DNA of 63,230 nucleotides, the filler included, from Octopus bimaculoides (taxonomy: Eukaryota), in NCBI RefSeq assembly GCF_001194135.2. It is 6 parts of 6 records of this genome, joined end to end, with 100 filler letters (N's around TTAATTAATTAA, not from the genome) between each part and the next. Parts side by side here need not be neighbours in the genome. Positions count along the whole stretch, not along the records: positions 27,675 to 47,135 come from NC_068999.1; positions 47,236 to 50,341 come from NC_068987.1; 4 more parts are not named here. One strand, 5' to 3'. A model generated the notes under the pieces. That model was given only the letters and a program-made list of their open reading frames with translations, was not told the origin of the DNA and searched no databases. Of the stretch, positions 35,381 through 48,423 are shown piece by piece; position 1 is the first letter of the stretch, and each line of letters opens with the position of its first letter. A program made the position numbers and the translations under genes.

Positions 35381-36159
35381 TCACAACAGCAACAGCAGCA
35401 GCAGCAACAGCAACAACTGCAAGAAGAAGAAGAAGGTGAAGAAGAGTAACTATTATTACAACAACAACAACAATTGCAAGAACAACCACGACGTCATCAG
35501 TAAAAGGCACCAATGGAATAAGTAGCAGATTTAAAACAAGTACTGGACTTGATTTATTCCACTAAACTCTTCAAGGGGGTGCTCCAGTATGACCGCAGTC
35601 CCGTGAGTGAAACAAATAAAATATAAGAGATATAAACGAAAAAAAAATCAAAACATTCTCCGAAATATTTCGTTATTCGTCTACACTACGAAAACGTGTT
35701 TCTCTCAACGATAGCAAAAGCTCACGTCTCACAAAATATGGCTGTCAGTTCTACTATGCCATACTGGCATTCGTTATTACGTCAACGAAATGCAATCGCT
35801 TCTATGGCGAAAAAAACAAAACAAAACAAAACCCAGAGCTGAATAATGTAAACCGAAATAATCTCTAGTTTTAAAAAGTAGAGGAATTTATTGTCTGATA
35901 CTTCCTCCTGATTACAGCTAAGCAGACAAAAACTGATGAATAAAAGTCAGGCATGGATTAGATTTACATAATCTTTTCTCAGTTGTAGACATTCTTTGAG
36001 ACTCTGTTTCAATAACACGTCTTCTTTGGTAGGAAGGTTCGTATGCATGCATGCTTGTATGTATGTATGTATGTATGTATGTATGTATGTATGTATCTAT
36101 GAATGTATGTATGCATGCATGTGAATATTTGCGTTCCTGTGTCTGTCTGTCTGTCTCTC

Positions 36160-36249
<90 letters not shown>

Positions 36250-36782
36250 CTGTTTCTGTCTGTTTGTCTACCTTTCAGAGAAGAGTTCGTTGTTGAGTAA
36301 ATCGCTTAAAAACGCGAAATTGTTTACATATCAAATCCATTTTCAAACGAACATATGGGTATACTCCGACCGTTGAAATCGGCGGCAAAAATCTAACAAA
36401 GAACATTGTCGAATCTTTTCATTACCGGTTCGATTACTGGCAGAACTAAGTCCTGTTTATTCTGTGTTCTGGTCCAAATTAAAACAAACAAAAAGAAATA
36501 CCCCACCCCAAAAATAAAACGCTATATTCTTTCCATAGCCTCGGAAATTTACACATTTATCTTTTAATACGTTGTTGGCGTATTTTGTATAATATTCCAG
36601 AAGAATCTGGGATCTACTGAAGATAGCTGGATTAACAGAACTATGTAAGATTAAGTAAACGTTCAAACAGTATGAAGAAATGCTTAAGAGGGATTTAAAC
36701 TAAAGAGTATTGTATAGGTTGTTCACCATCTTTATATGCATGGCGCCATGTCTTACTCTATCCCATTCCTTCTTTCTTTCTA

Positions 36783-36826
<44 letters not shown>

Positions 36827-37788
36827 CATCTATCTTTCTGGAACGACACACTGTCAGTTTAAAAAAGACAAGGAAACATGTATAACATGTATAACCAAGG
36901 TAAATTAGTCCTGGATACATTACACCTCTTATAAAAAATAACATGATCACAACTTGAATGACGTCCATCATACGTCTACTCAATCAGACCCAACCCAGGG
37001 CTAAACGACAGTAGCAACAACAGCAGCAATAAACAAAGATATCCACACAATAACTATACATCTATATATAATATTTACTTAAACAAGGTGGAACGTTTGT
37101 AGATTTAGAAAAGCATAAAACAAAACAATAATTTGTGCCATTTAGTTACGCCCCTTTAATTTACGAGTTAAAATCTCACCGATATTAAATTTACCTTCCA
37201 TTATTCCATTAAATGTAGGGGTTGATAAAATATGTACCGGTCAGGTATTTGGGGTCTGCTGCTTTAATTGTCTATGCTCTCCTCCGAAATGTGTGGTTTC
37301 TGTCAATATTAAGAAATCAATATTTACATAGACATTTTGATTGCATCAATGGAATTGTGTCTTGCTCATAACATGTTTAACAATAATGTATTTATTGCTT
37401 AAAAACTGTGAAAGGATTTCAACTGTGAACGTTGAGAAAGGAAATTTAATATTGTGAGGCATTTAATAGGACATTCTACAGTTTCTGACGTTCTAAACAA
37501 CTTTCTATAAACATATAAAGTTATTGGAATTGCAGAGGAAAGAACAGACACATGGAAAGTGAATTATAATGATTTCAGTTTTGTATGCATACATATGTAT
37601 GTGTGTGTGTACGAACATACACACGCATACGCACGCACACACAAATAGACACACACACGTAGGCACACACACACGCACACACACACACACACACATATAA
37701 CTGTGCACATGTACATATATATATAATATAAATAATATATACATATATGCATATATACATACGCATATGTACATACTTACATCTACAC

Positions 37789-37836
<48 letters not shown>

Positions 37837-38535
37837 NNNNNNNNNNNNNNNNNNNNNNNNNNNNNNNNNNNNNNNNNNNNNNNNNNNNNNNNNNNNNNNN
37901 NNNNNNNNNNNNNNNNNNNNNNNNNNNNNNNNNNNNNNNNNNNNNNNNNNNNNNNNNNNNNNNNNNNNNNNNNNNNNNNNNNNNNNNNNNNNNNNNNNNN
38001 NNNNNNNNNNNNNNNNNNNNNNNNNNNNNNNNNNNNNNNNNNNNNNNNNNNNNNNNNNNNNNNNNNNNNNNNNNNNNNNNNNNNNNNNNNNNNNNNNNNN
38101 NNNNNNNNNNNNNNNNNNNNNNNNNNNNNNNNNNNNNNNNNNNNNNNNNNNNNNNNNNNNNNNNNNNNNNNNNNNNNNNNNNNNNNNNNNNNNNNNNNNN
38201 NNNNNNNNNNNNNNNNNNNNNNNNNNNNNNNNNNNNNNNNNNNNNNNNNNNNNNNNNNNNNNNNNNNNNNNNNNNNNNNNNNNNNNNNNNNNNNNNNNNN
38301 NNNNNNNNNNNNNNNNNNNNNNNNNNNNNNNNNNNNNNNNNNNNNNNNNNNNNNNNNNNNNNNNNNNNNNNNNNNNNNNNNNNNNNNNNNNNNNNNNNNN
38401 NNNNNNNNNNNNNNNNNNNNNNNNNNNNNNNNNNNNNNNNNNNNNNNNNNNNNNNNNNNNNNNNNNNNNNNNNNCTTTGCACAAATTCTACATATGTTCA
38501 GATCTTCACGAATAATTCTGCGTATAATTACTAAA

Positions 38536-38852
38536 GGAGGCGCAATGACCCACCGGTTAGGGCAGCGGATTCACGGTCAGAGGATCGCGGTTTAGATTCC
38601 TAGACCGAGCGTTGTGTGTATTTGTTGAGCGAAAACACCTAAAGCTCCACGAGGCTCCGGCAGGGGGTGGTGGCGACCCCCGTTGTACGCTTTCGCCCCA
38701 ACTTTCTCTCACTCTTTCTTCCTGTTTCTTGAGTAAAGCTGCGATGGACTGGCGTCCCGTCCATCTGGGGGAGCACATACGCCATAGAAACAGGGAAACC
38801 AGGCCCATGAGCCTGGCTAGGCTTTAAAAGGGCGCCGCATAAAGAATAAAGA
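38536..38852 (+). mobile_element. Full-length tRNA-derived SINE with 12-bp target-site duplication
   Basis: ATAATTACTAAA occurs at 38524-38535 and 38853-38864. Between them are a tRNA-like head, an internal ctgcgatggactggcgtcccgtcca motif and an (aaagaat)n tail. Confidence 0.85.
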
Positions 38853-39829
38853 ATAATTACTAAAACTGCATGCTTATTATCTTTGCAGACGACACACGAC
38901 GGTTTTCATTCAGAAACTTGCGAATTTTCTCGACGAGTTCTGATATTCTGACGTTCTTTTCCCTCCTGCACCTTTCTTCGCCTCTCATCTCCTCTCTACC
39001 GTTCTTGAGCCTTTTGTGCCAGCGATAAACAAACAATCAGCTCATGAAGGTTAATTCATAAGCAAGCAGAGGTATCTCAAGTTTCTGTTACGTTTTTTGC
39101 GTAATTTAACAGAAAACTTTATTCCATAGCGAGCTTCCAAACTGTCTTCACGTCGCGACTGCATTTTACAAAGAAGTCAGTTGTGACAAGCTGTATATAG
39201 TAAGATGTGTTCAAAGTACTGTTACGATTATCTCCTTCAATCTGGAATAAAGAAGTTGACAAGTCAGTTTATTATTTTATTATCGTATAGTAATGATATG
39301 ATAAAATTACGATAATCTAGAACAGCTATAACCACCTCTCCTAGAAAGATCCCAAAACTTGTGGAATGCAACTCTTCTATATANNNNNNNNNNNNNNNNN
39401 NNNNNNNNNNNNNNNNNNNNNNNNNNNNNNNNNNNNNNNNNNNNNNNNNNNNNNNNNNNNNNNNNNNNNNNNNNNNNNNNNNNNNNNNNNNNNNNNNNNN
39501 NNNNNNNNNNNNNNNNNNNNNNNNNNNNNNNNNNNNNNNNNNNNNNNNNNNNNNNNNNNNNNNNNNNNNNNNNNNNNNNNNNNNNNNNNNNNNNNNNNNA
39601 TATATGTATAAGTCAGTAAATGGTGGGGTTGTGTTATATATATAAATTTGAATAATAAGGCTGAAAAATTGAATATTAATTTGATTAATATCAATTTAAA
39701 ACCAGTGGACTAGCATATTGAAAAATCTGAAGATTCAGATTTTTATCACTCTCGGTACATGCACTGTCCTCAGATTGACACTCAAACACTTTGAAATGTT
39801 CGTATTGGAGCTTCCGTCTGTGAGAAAAC

Positions 39830-39968
39830 CAGCACTTAATTTATCGACTCCGAAAGGATGAAAAGCAAAGTCGACCTTGGCGGAATTTGAACTCAGAACG
39901 TAAAGGCAGACGAAATATCCCTAAGCATTTCGGCCGGCGTGCTAACGTCTCTGCCAGCCCACCGCCGT
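39830..39968 (-). mobile_element. SINE family C, well preserved
   Basis: ttaatttatcgactccgaaaggatgaaaagcaaagtcgaccttggcggaatttgaactcagaacg...ctgccagcccaccgcc. Confidence 0.8.
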
Positions 39969-40679
39969 GTGTTTCTAAAATATTGAAATACCTAAACGTA
40001 AAGAAAAGCAGAGACAAAAGAAAAAAAAATGAACTCTTCTAGAAAAATCAATAAAATACAAAAAAAAAGGAGTAAAAGAAAAAACAAAGGTATCCAGTGA
40101 GGGAGAGAAAGAAAGAGAAAGAGTGTGTGTGAAAAACAGAAACGAAAGAATGGTGCAAAATGAATGAGGAATACAAATGATAAATCCCAATTCATGAGTG
40201 ATTATGGAGTAACAACGAGAGTTTATATGGATGGAAATCATTAAATAAAGAAAAAATAATTAGTGTATTAAATCGAATTAAAAATTAAAAAAATTGGTAA
40301 GCTGCAGGTTACGGGGTAGCCTGACTTACTCTGGTACACGAATGAGAGTAGCTTGGTTTATAAATGATTAGAATCTTTGAAAATAGCTTTTGTAATAACG
40401 AATGGTTTACATCACAACATATAAGAATGATGCAGATGTATATCTGAATAGTAAATGTTTGATATAAATGTATATTCGATAAGAAAAAATAAACATATTA
40501 TAAGGTATCGCTGTTGTGGAATGTATTATATAAAAGTTATAAATGAATTTGTAAAAACATCGTAAGAATAATTTAAGTAAACAAATAATTAAATTCATTC
40601 ATAAAGGGAAAATAAAAGAAGTTATACTGTGACTAGAAAATTGTATGCAGATAGCTTGAAAGCAGACTTACTTCAGAGA

Positions 40680-41040
40680 TGAGTCATTGAGGAGAAGAAA
40701 TATTTTGTAAAAATTCTAAAGAGGGAAGAGACAAGAGAAACTACTTCATAAGAAATTATGGAACGCCATTAGCAAGTAAAAGTTACACTACAAGAACAGC
40801 AACGATTAGGAAAATATTGGAATGGTTATAATTACATGAACTAAATAGAGAGAAATATGGATGGATAGAAGTAACACTAAATAACAACGGCCGGAAGATA
40901 AATAAATAAAGACGAGAACCAACTAGAGAAGGAGCGAGGTAATAACGATGGAGTGCGGTTGATAATTAAATAAAATTAAGAATATGTTAGGATAATATAT
41001 GAGAAGAGAGAGGTTTTGTAAAGAATTAGAAGTAGATTAA
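40680..41040 (+). mobile_element. Old RTE-like LINE remnant
   Basis: Heavily decayed. Pieces such as attaggaaaatattggaatggtta (IRK.W.W) and ggccggaagat...agacgagaaccaactagagaagg follow the order of RTE ORF2 C-terminal motifs. Confidence 0.35.
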
Positions 41041-41690
41041 AATGTACTTTTGTATAAAGAAAGCTAGTGAATATATATATATATATATANNNNNNNNNNN
41101 NNNNNNNNNNNNNNNNNNNNNNNNNNNNNNNNNNNNNNTATATATATTCGTCACTCTGCACTCTCCATATCACAAACCAAATGGAAATCTATCTCATACT
41201 CATAAACAATGTCACCACCTTCGGAGTTTATTAAATAATTTCATTAAAGATATTTCACTGAAATTGTCAAAGCTGTCAGCAAACAAACAAACATTCACGA
41301 AGACTTCTAAATATCAAGATGACGCCCTTCACTGACGTGATTTTAAACACGACACCATTTACTTAGAACCGACAGCTAGATGAGATAATCACGGAAACAG
41401 ACAAATCAAAATAAGCTGGTTTAATCACTGTATGTTTTAGAAGTAGTGACACATACTACTTCTTACTTAAAAACCATGTCTCCCGACGACATATGTTTTA
41501 TAGAACTTTTAATAAAAGTAGTATTAAAACTATTATTCCAGTTCACTTATTTTTGCCCAAAGTATTGCCATATTAACCATATTAACATACCCATACTAAT
41601 TTCTAAGAACTGTAATGTTTTTGTTGTTGTTGTTGCTGTTGATTGGGACCACAAATCACCAACACAAACATACAATACACACATATCGCA

Positions 41691-41695
<5 letters not shown>

Positions 41696-41747
<52 letters not shown>

Positions 41748-42030
41748 CCTACCTGCCTGCCTGCCTGCCTACCTACCTGCCTGCCTACCTACCTACCTAC
41801 CTACCTCTCTCTCTCTCTCTCTCTCTCCCTCTCTCTCCCTCTCTCTCTTTCTCTATCTATCTACCTGTCTACTCGTCTACCTGTTGGTCTGTCCATCCAT
41901 CCATCAATCCGTCCGTCTGTCCGTCCGTCCGTCCGTCCGTCCATCCATCTGTCCGTCTGTCAGTCCGCCCGTCCGTCTGTCTGCCAGTCTGTCTGTGTGT
42001 CTGTGTGTCTGTGTGTCTGTCTATCTATCT
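41696..42030. repeat. Compound tetranucleotide array (TCTA)(CCTA)(CCTG)(CT)(CCGT)(CTGT)
   Basis: Directly visible; it explains ORFs 41446-42229. Confidence 0.95.
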
Positions 42031-42412
42031 GTCGACAGGACATTACAAACTAGTATTGGCACCATTTCGGATTTCACGCCTCTTCTACAAGAATCATGGT
42101 AATAGACATTGTAATCAATACGAACTTCGATCTTCGATCTTCTTCGACAGGAATCGTTTATGGAGGTTTCTGATAAGTTTTAATCTTGTTTCCCATTTCA
42201 ATCTGAAGAAAACTAAGCGATTTATATGATATATATATTTACTTCTTAATCCATATCTAAATATATTTTACATCGACAATCTATCTTTTAATGTTCACTT
42301 TACACATTTCGTGATGTATAATTATCTATAAATTTGAGTCGAAGTTTATGTTGAGCTTTTAAACTTGTAACTGAAGTGTCAATCAATTCTTTCATCCATC
42401 TGTACAACTGTC

Positions 42413-42481
<69 letters not shown>

Positions 42482-42699
42482 CACACATCGAGGTCTCATC
42501 TTTTTGTTGTCACTTTTTGTTATATATAATTTATTATATATAGAGAGGTAATTTATTCTTTTTTCTGCGTTATTAACTAAACAATTAGTAATAGACTTTA
42601 GACGATTACTTTTTATATTAATATAAGTGATGTTGGCATTAGGCTTACGATATGGCGCATATTTTCCTGTACAAAGGTTAAAATTCACGTCTAAAAATC

Positions 42700-42820
42700 T
42701 CACAAGGCTTTGGTCGGTCCGAGGCTATAGCAGAAGACACTTGCCCGATTGCCACGGCGTGGGACTGAACCCAGAACCACGTGGGTGGGAAGCAAACTTC
42801 TTACCACACAGCCACTCCTC
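42700..42820 (-). mobile_element. SINE family A head/core
   Basis: ctcacaaggctttggtcggtccgaggctatag...cttaccacacagccactcct. Confidence 0.8.
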
Positions 42821-43699
42821 TCAACAGATTGTCTTAGCCCCATTGCCCGCAGACGGTTGATTTCTGTAGTGATTATGAGTGTCTTTTTCGGCGATTTAAA
42901 TAAGAGTTTTGACTGTTATTTCCAGCAGGTAGACATACTTAGTATGTCCTTTGATTAATTTTAAGCCTTCAGCTATTTAATGCTCTTTTGGGTCAGCAAT
43001 CACCTANNNNNNNNNNTATGGTTTTAGTTTTGTATTCATTATTCAGCACTAACTTTTTATATTTATAGAAAGTTGTTTAGAATGTCAGAAACTGTAGAAT
43101 GTCCTATTAAATGCCTCACAATATTAAATTTCCTTTATCAACGTTCACAGTTGAAGTCCTTTCACAGTTTTGATGCAAGAAGTACATTACATTTAAACAT
43201 GTTATTTGCAAGACACAATTTCATTGATGTATCAAAGTGTCTATGTAAATATTGATTTTTAATATTGATAGAAACCACACATTTCGAAAGAGAGTATAGT
43301 TAATTAAAGCAGCAGACCCCATTGCTTGACTACAACGTATTTTGTTGCCCTTATCTGTAATAGAATAATGGAAGTTTATCTCGGCGCTATTTTAACTCAT
43401 AAATTAAAGGGACGTAACTGAATACTACGAATGGTGTGGCTCCGCGATAACGTTGTCGTCCATCTTTGTTTAATTTTTTTATCGGATATTTGTTTTAGTC
43501 ATTGAACAACGATCATGTTGTCGCACCTCCTTGAAGGATTTTACTCAAATAAACCAATCTCAAAAACTTATGTCTTTTTTGCTTTTTTTTAATCTGGTAC
43601 TTATTCTATCAGTTTCTTTTTCCGAACCACTAGGTAACGGGAGGGAAAACAGATTTTGGAATCTATCTTTTCCGAGAATTCTATTTTTGAATCACTTTG

Positions 43700-43954
43700 G
43701 AATCTATTTTTTTCTAGTTAATTTTAGTTAATTTTTGTTTATTATCAGATCATTAAAATGGGATGTCAAGTTAAGAAAAACGAGTATTTTCGACACATCC
43801 TTCTTTTTGCTTTTAATCAAGGTTCTAACGTCGCAAAAGCTGCTCGCGACATTTATGCTGTATGGAGAGGGTGCCATGGCTGAAAGAACCGCTCGTGATT
43901 GGTATGCCAAGTTCAAAAATGCAAATTTTGACCTCAAAGACGCACCTCGTTCTG
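43700..43954 (+). mobile_element. Mariner transposase N-terminus, frameshifted, runs into a gap
   Basis: ATG at 43758: MGCQVKKNEYFRHILLFAFNQGSNVAKAARDIYA/YGEGAMAERTARDWYAKFKNANFDLKDAPRS, the mariner HTH 'RHxLLFxF...F+xGxFDLxDxPRSG' pattern. Confidence 0.85.
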
Positions 43955-45083
43955 NNNNNNNNNNNNNNNNNNNNNNNNNNNNNNNNNNNNNNNNNNNNNN
44001 NNNNNNNNNNNNNNNNNNNNNNNNNNNNNNNNNNNNNNNNNNNNNNNNNNNNNNNNNNNNNNNNNNNNNNNNNNNNNNNNNNNNNNNNNNNNNNNNNNNN
44101 NNNNNNNNNNNNNNNNNNNNNNNNNNNNNNNNNNNNNNNNNNNNNNNNNNNNNNNNNNNNNNNNNNNNNNNNNNNNNNNNNNNNNNNNNNNNNNNNNNNN
44201 NNNNNNNNNNNNNNNNNNNNNNNNNNNNNNNNNNNNNNNNNNNNNNNNNNNNNNNNNNNNNNNNNNNNNNNNNNNNNNNNNNNNNNNNNNNNNNNNNNNN
44301 NNNNNNNNNNNNNNNNNNNNNNNNNNNNNNNNNNNNNNNNNNNNNNNNNNNNNNNNNNNNNNNNNNNNNNNNNNNNNNNNNNNNNNNNNNNNNNNNNNNN
44401 NNNNNNNNNNNNNNNNNNNNNNNNNNNNNNNNNNNNNNNNNNNNNNNNNNNNNNNNNNNNNNNNNNNNNNNNNNNNNNNNNNNNNNNNNNNNNNNNNNNN
44501 NNNNNNNNNNNNNNNNNNNNNNNNNNNNNNNNNNNNNNNNNNNNNNNNNNNNNNNNNNNNNNNNNNNNNNNNNNNNNNNNNNNNNNNNNNNNNNNNNNNN
44601 NNNNNNNNNNNNNNNNNNNNNNNNNNNNNNNNNNNNNNNNNNNNNNNNNNNNNNNNNNNNNNNNNNNNNNNNNNNNNNNNNNNNNNNNNNNNNNNNNNNN
44701 NNNNNNNNNNNNNNNNNNNNNNNNNNNNNNNNNNNNNNNNNNNNNNNNNNNTATATATACTGGAGACGATTTCTACAAGATTTCTTGCAGATCCTGTGTC
44801 TATATGTAAAATAGAAGATCTACTCCGATAAAATGGTTAACACAATGAGATTCAAAGTATCAAATTCAAAGTGGAATATACAAACAAACAAATAAACAAA
44901 CAAACAAAGCAGAACGAAAAACTCAACATGACCGCAGCCACTTGGCTGAAACACATAAAAAAAAACAAAAAAAAAAACGTTTGATTTGACGACTGCACGC
45001 GCACACAGACAAACTCATACGTCGACATGTAGTCCATCCCGACACACATTTACTTGAGCGAATAAACATACACCTACTCGTAC

Positions 45084-45202
45084 TTGTGTATATTTATCAT
45101 GGATCTGATTGCCTTCATTAGTTGCTTGCTGTCTCTCGGGAAAGTTGAAGCGCCAGTCTCAGTTGTCTGTAAAGATTCTACTGAATAACTGTGTTTCGAA
45201 GT
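45084..45202 (-). CDS. Candidate 119-nt exon (TSKHSYSVESLQTTETGASTFPRDSKQLMKAIRSMINIH)
   Basis: gtgtttctgtctctgtag acceptor and CAA|GTACGA donor. Only phase 0 is open, with an in-frame stop immediately upstream in the putative intron. Confidence 0.3.
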
Positions 45203-45336
45203 CTACAGAGACAGAAACACGTCTGATAGTTTATGCAAATCTTGCAACGCATTTGAAAAGTTTGGCTTCGTCGTTTCAAAGTATTTCTGTATTCACCCCT
45301 CTCAAACTTGGTTGACTATGTGTTTTATTTACTTGC

Positions 45337-45416
<80 letters not shown>

Positions 45417-45613
45417 TTGTCTTCTGTTTGTCTATTATTTTAGTCTGACTCTCTCTTATAAATAGCACAGATTTTCTGATGTATTAATTTGATTGGTATT
45501 TTATACCGTTTTTCCTGTTCTTAAATATGCTGGCACAATAAAAACGAACGTTGGTAATGTATGTATAGTGTAATTATCAATTGAAGATATACTTTTCTTC
45601 ATTCTTGTTCTTG

Positions 45614-45677
<64 letters not shown>

Positions 45678-45914
45678 TATATCATACCTTAATACTGTGT
45701 GGACTAATACCAGACCGCTGGTATTTATAGAGAGTTTAACACTTTCGGTATGCAAATTAGGGGCTCCTTCATAGACCAACTGCTGCATTTGTTGAGTAAA
45801 TAAACAGTTTGGCCGCTCGCTTCTCCGGAGTCTGTCAAAGTGATGTGGACATATCTATCTATCTGTCTATATGGGTATAAGTATATATGTATATATGCAT
45901 GAAGATTGCGGCTA

Positions 45915-46120
45915 CACAAGTAAGATCGCATCAATGAAACAACTGCATTACTGGGAGAGACTGAAGGAATTTCGATAATACAACGTATAGCGGAAACGGG
46001 TGAGATATGCAGTGGTATTAAGATGTTGGCATCGAAAGTCACTCCTATCTGAATGTCACTCAACTGTTCAAGATTTCCCACCCATCTCGTCTAGAGTACG
46101 AACCGGGTACTACAAAGGCC
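45915..46120 (+). mobile_element. CR1/L2-type LINE ORF2 C-terminal remnant
   Basis: Translates KIASMKQLHYWERLKEFR*YNV*RKRVRYAVV, matching the 'LSYxERLKxLxLYSLxRRRxR' motif. Confidence 0.55.
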
Positions 46121-46208
46121 GGGATTCAAAGGCCTACAGCTATTTAATATCTTGCCAAAAAACCTGTGAGATCTATATGGTGTAAGGGTTGATGTTTACA
46201 AGAAACAA

Positions 46209-46249
<41 letters not shown>

Positions 46250-46732
46250 ATATATATCTATATATATACATATGTATATGTATACACACACACATACACA
46301 CATATATATATATATTTATATATATATATGTATACACACACATACACATATATACAGGCAAAGGGAGACAAAGGGAGGGAGATGAAAATTGTTTAAATGA
46401 TGAATAGAATGCGAAATTTCTAGCCATATATAGCCGTAGCTGTTCGCGTTTTATTTTGGCTGGCAGTGTAACATTTCAGAGATTTGCTAAAACTTTCAAT
46501 TCAATTCAGTCACAAAACAGTGTGTCTTTCTTAAACAGGGAGGAAGTCTTGAATATAATTAGCTTCAATGAATCAACCGACTGACACATCCAGTGGTGTT
46601 CCAACATTCATTACATCACATGCAAACAAACGTCCTACTTGTGTAATATTGCGCTGTCAGAAACAATTCCTTGAGAGCGCTTATATGCAGCCGCTTGAAC
46701 TACTAAAAATAACAGCTAAATATCTCTCAGTG

Positions 46733-46935
46733 GAGGCGTGTGGCTTAGTGGTCAGGGTGTTGGATTCATGGTCGTAATACTGTGATTTTGAATTCTAGAC
46801 CAGGCAACGCTCTTGTCCACTAAGCTGCTTAAAACGAATAACCTTGAGACGGACGGACCGACGTCCTATCCAAATAGGAAATACATACGCCACGGAAACC
46901 GGGACACTGGCCCTCTATGACTCTGTATGATTTGG
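46733..46935 (+). mobile_element. tRNA-derived SINE related to 38536-38852
   Basis: ggaggcgtgtggcttagtggtcaggg head and the shared catacgcca(c/t)(g/a)gaaac(c/a)ggg tail motif. Confidence 0.6.
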
Positions 46936-46954
46936 GAGGGATCTTTATCTTTAC

Positions 46955-47008
<54 letters not shown>

Positions 47009-47135
47009 GTATGTATATATGTATATAAAATCGAACCGACAAAATGGATTTTATAAGCAAAAGGAAGTATAGCATCAATTCTTTTTTTCTTTGATATCGT
47101 CAACGGAAAAGATACGAAATGTGAGTGTTGGCGAC

Positions 47136-47235
47136 NNNNNNNNNNNNNNNNNNNNNNNNNNNNNNNNNNNNNNNNNNNNTTAATTAATTAANNNNNNNNN
47201 NNNNNNNNNNNNNNNNNNNNNNNNNNNNNNNNNNN
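47136..47235. other. Artificial linker
   Basis: 44N-TTAATTAATTAA-44N. Confidence 0.95.
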
Positions 47236-47604
47236 GGTAGTGGGGGTGGGGGTGGGGACGGATACCAATGATAGCGGTTGCAAAGTTAGTGATTTGATAG
47301 TGGAGGCGGGGGTCGCGTTTGAAAGGGGGTAGAATTATCAGTGGTGGTGGTGGTGATGGTGGTGACCGTTGGGGTGGTGGCACTGTTGGTGGTGGTGTTG
47401 GCTGTGTTGGTAGTGCTGCGAGTGTTGTTGTTGGTAGTGGTGGCGATAGTGGTGTTGATGGTTGCAAGATAGAGGGTGTGCTCGGGTAGTGGGGGTGGGG
47501 GTGGGGACGGATACCAATGATAGCGGTTGCAAAGTTAGTGATTTGATAGTGGAGGCGGGGGTCGCGTTTGAAAGGGGGTAGAATTATCAGTGGTGGTGGT
47601 GGTG
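47236..47604. repeat. G-rich tandem duplication, 249-bp period
   Basis: 47236-47355 is identical to 47485-47604. Confidence 0.9.
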
Positions 47605-47899
47605 GGAGTTGCACTTGATCCGGTGGTGTGAAATGCCAGACGTGGTGGCGCTGTGTGTCTGTAGAACTGATGAGGTTAGACACCCAGATAGTGACTGCTG
47701 CTGTTGCTTTTGTTGTTGCTTAGCCCCAGGTCAACTTTTATTTGAATGCACCTATGATCAAACACAGTCCAGCTATGACCATCTCATCTGATTTTCACAT
47801 AATATAATATTTCATCTGAACTGCATCGTTCTTTTAATTTTAACACAGCAGAATGTGTTTTGACGAGTGCTTGGCTGGGTTTTCTAGCACGTGGTGTGA

Positions 47900-48157
47900 C
47901 CTCATAAAGGTTCATTCGCTGGTTCGTGGCTGCAGTGGAGGTGGTAGTGGTTGCGGTCTGAGGTGGTAGCTTGATGGTGGTAGTGACGGTTGTAGTGCGT
48001 TCTGTACGGATCGTGGCAGCGGTAATAGTGCATTACGTGGTAGTGGTGGTGGTGGCGACGGTGGCGGCGGTAGTAGTGGTTGTGGTAGTAATTGTAATGG
48101 TGCAACTGTGGTAGCAGTAGCGCTGGTAATGATGATAAAGGTGGTGATGATGATGAC

Positions 48158-48214
<57 letters not shown>

Positions 48215-48366
48215 GGTGGTGGTGGTGATGATGATGATGGTGGTAGTGATGAGGATGATGATAATGATGATGATGATGATGATGGTGATGATGGTGATGA
48301 TGAGGAGGAGGAGGAGAATAACGGTAATAGTGCGCCTTGTGGTGGCNNNNNNNNNNTGATGATGAC

Positions 48367-48423
<57 letters not shown>

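Noticed and set aside
36601-39049. Small AG...GT segments at 36601-36644 and 39023-39049
   Set aside because: They are open in at least one phase but short enough to arise by chance, with no partner exons or recognisable peptide.
47666-47700. CTGATGA here and at ~35931 as additional hammerheads
   Set aside because: Neither has a stem II or a downstream GAAA.
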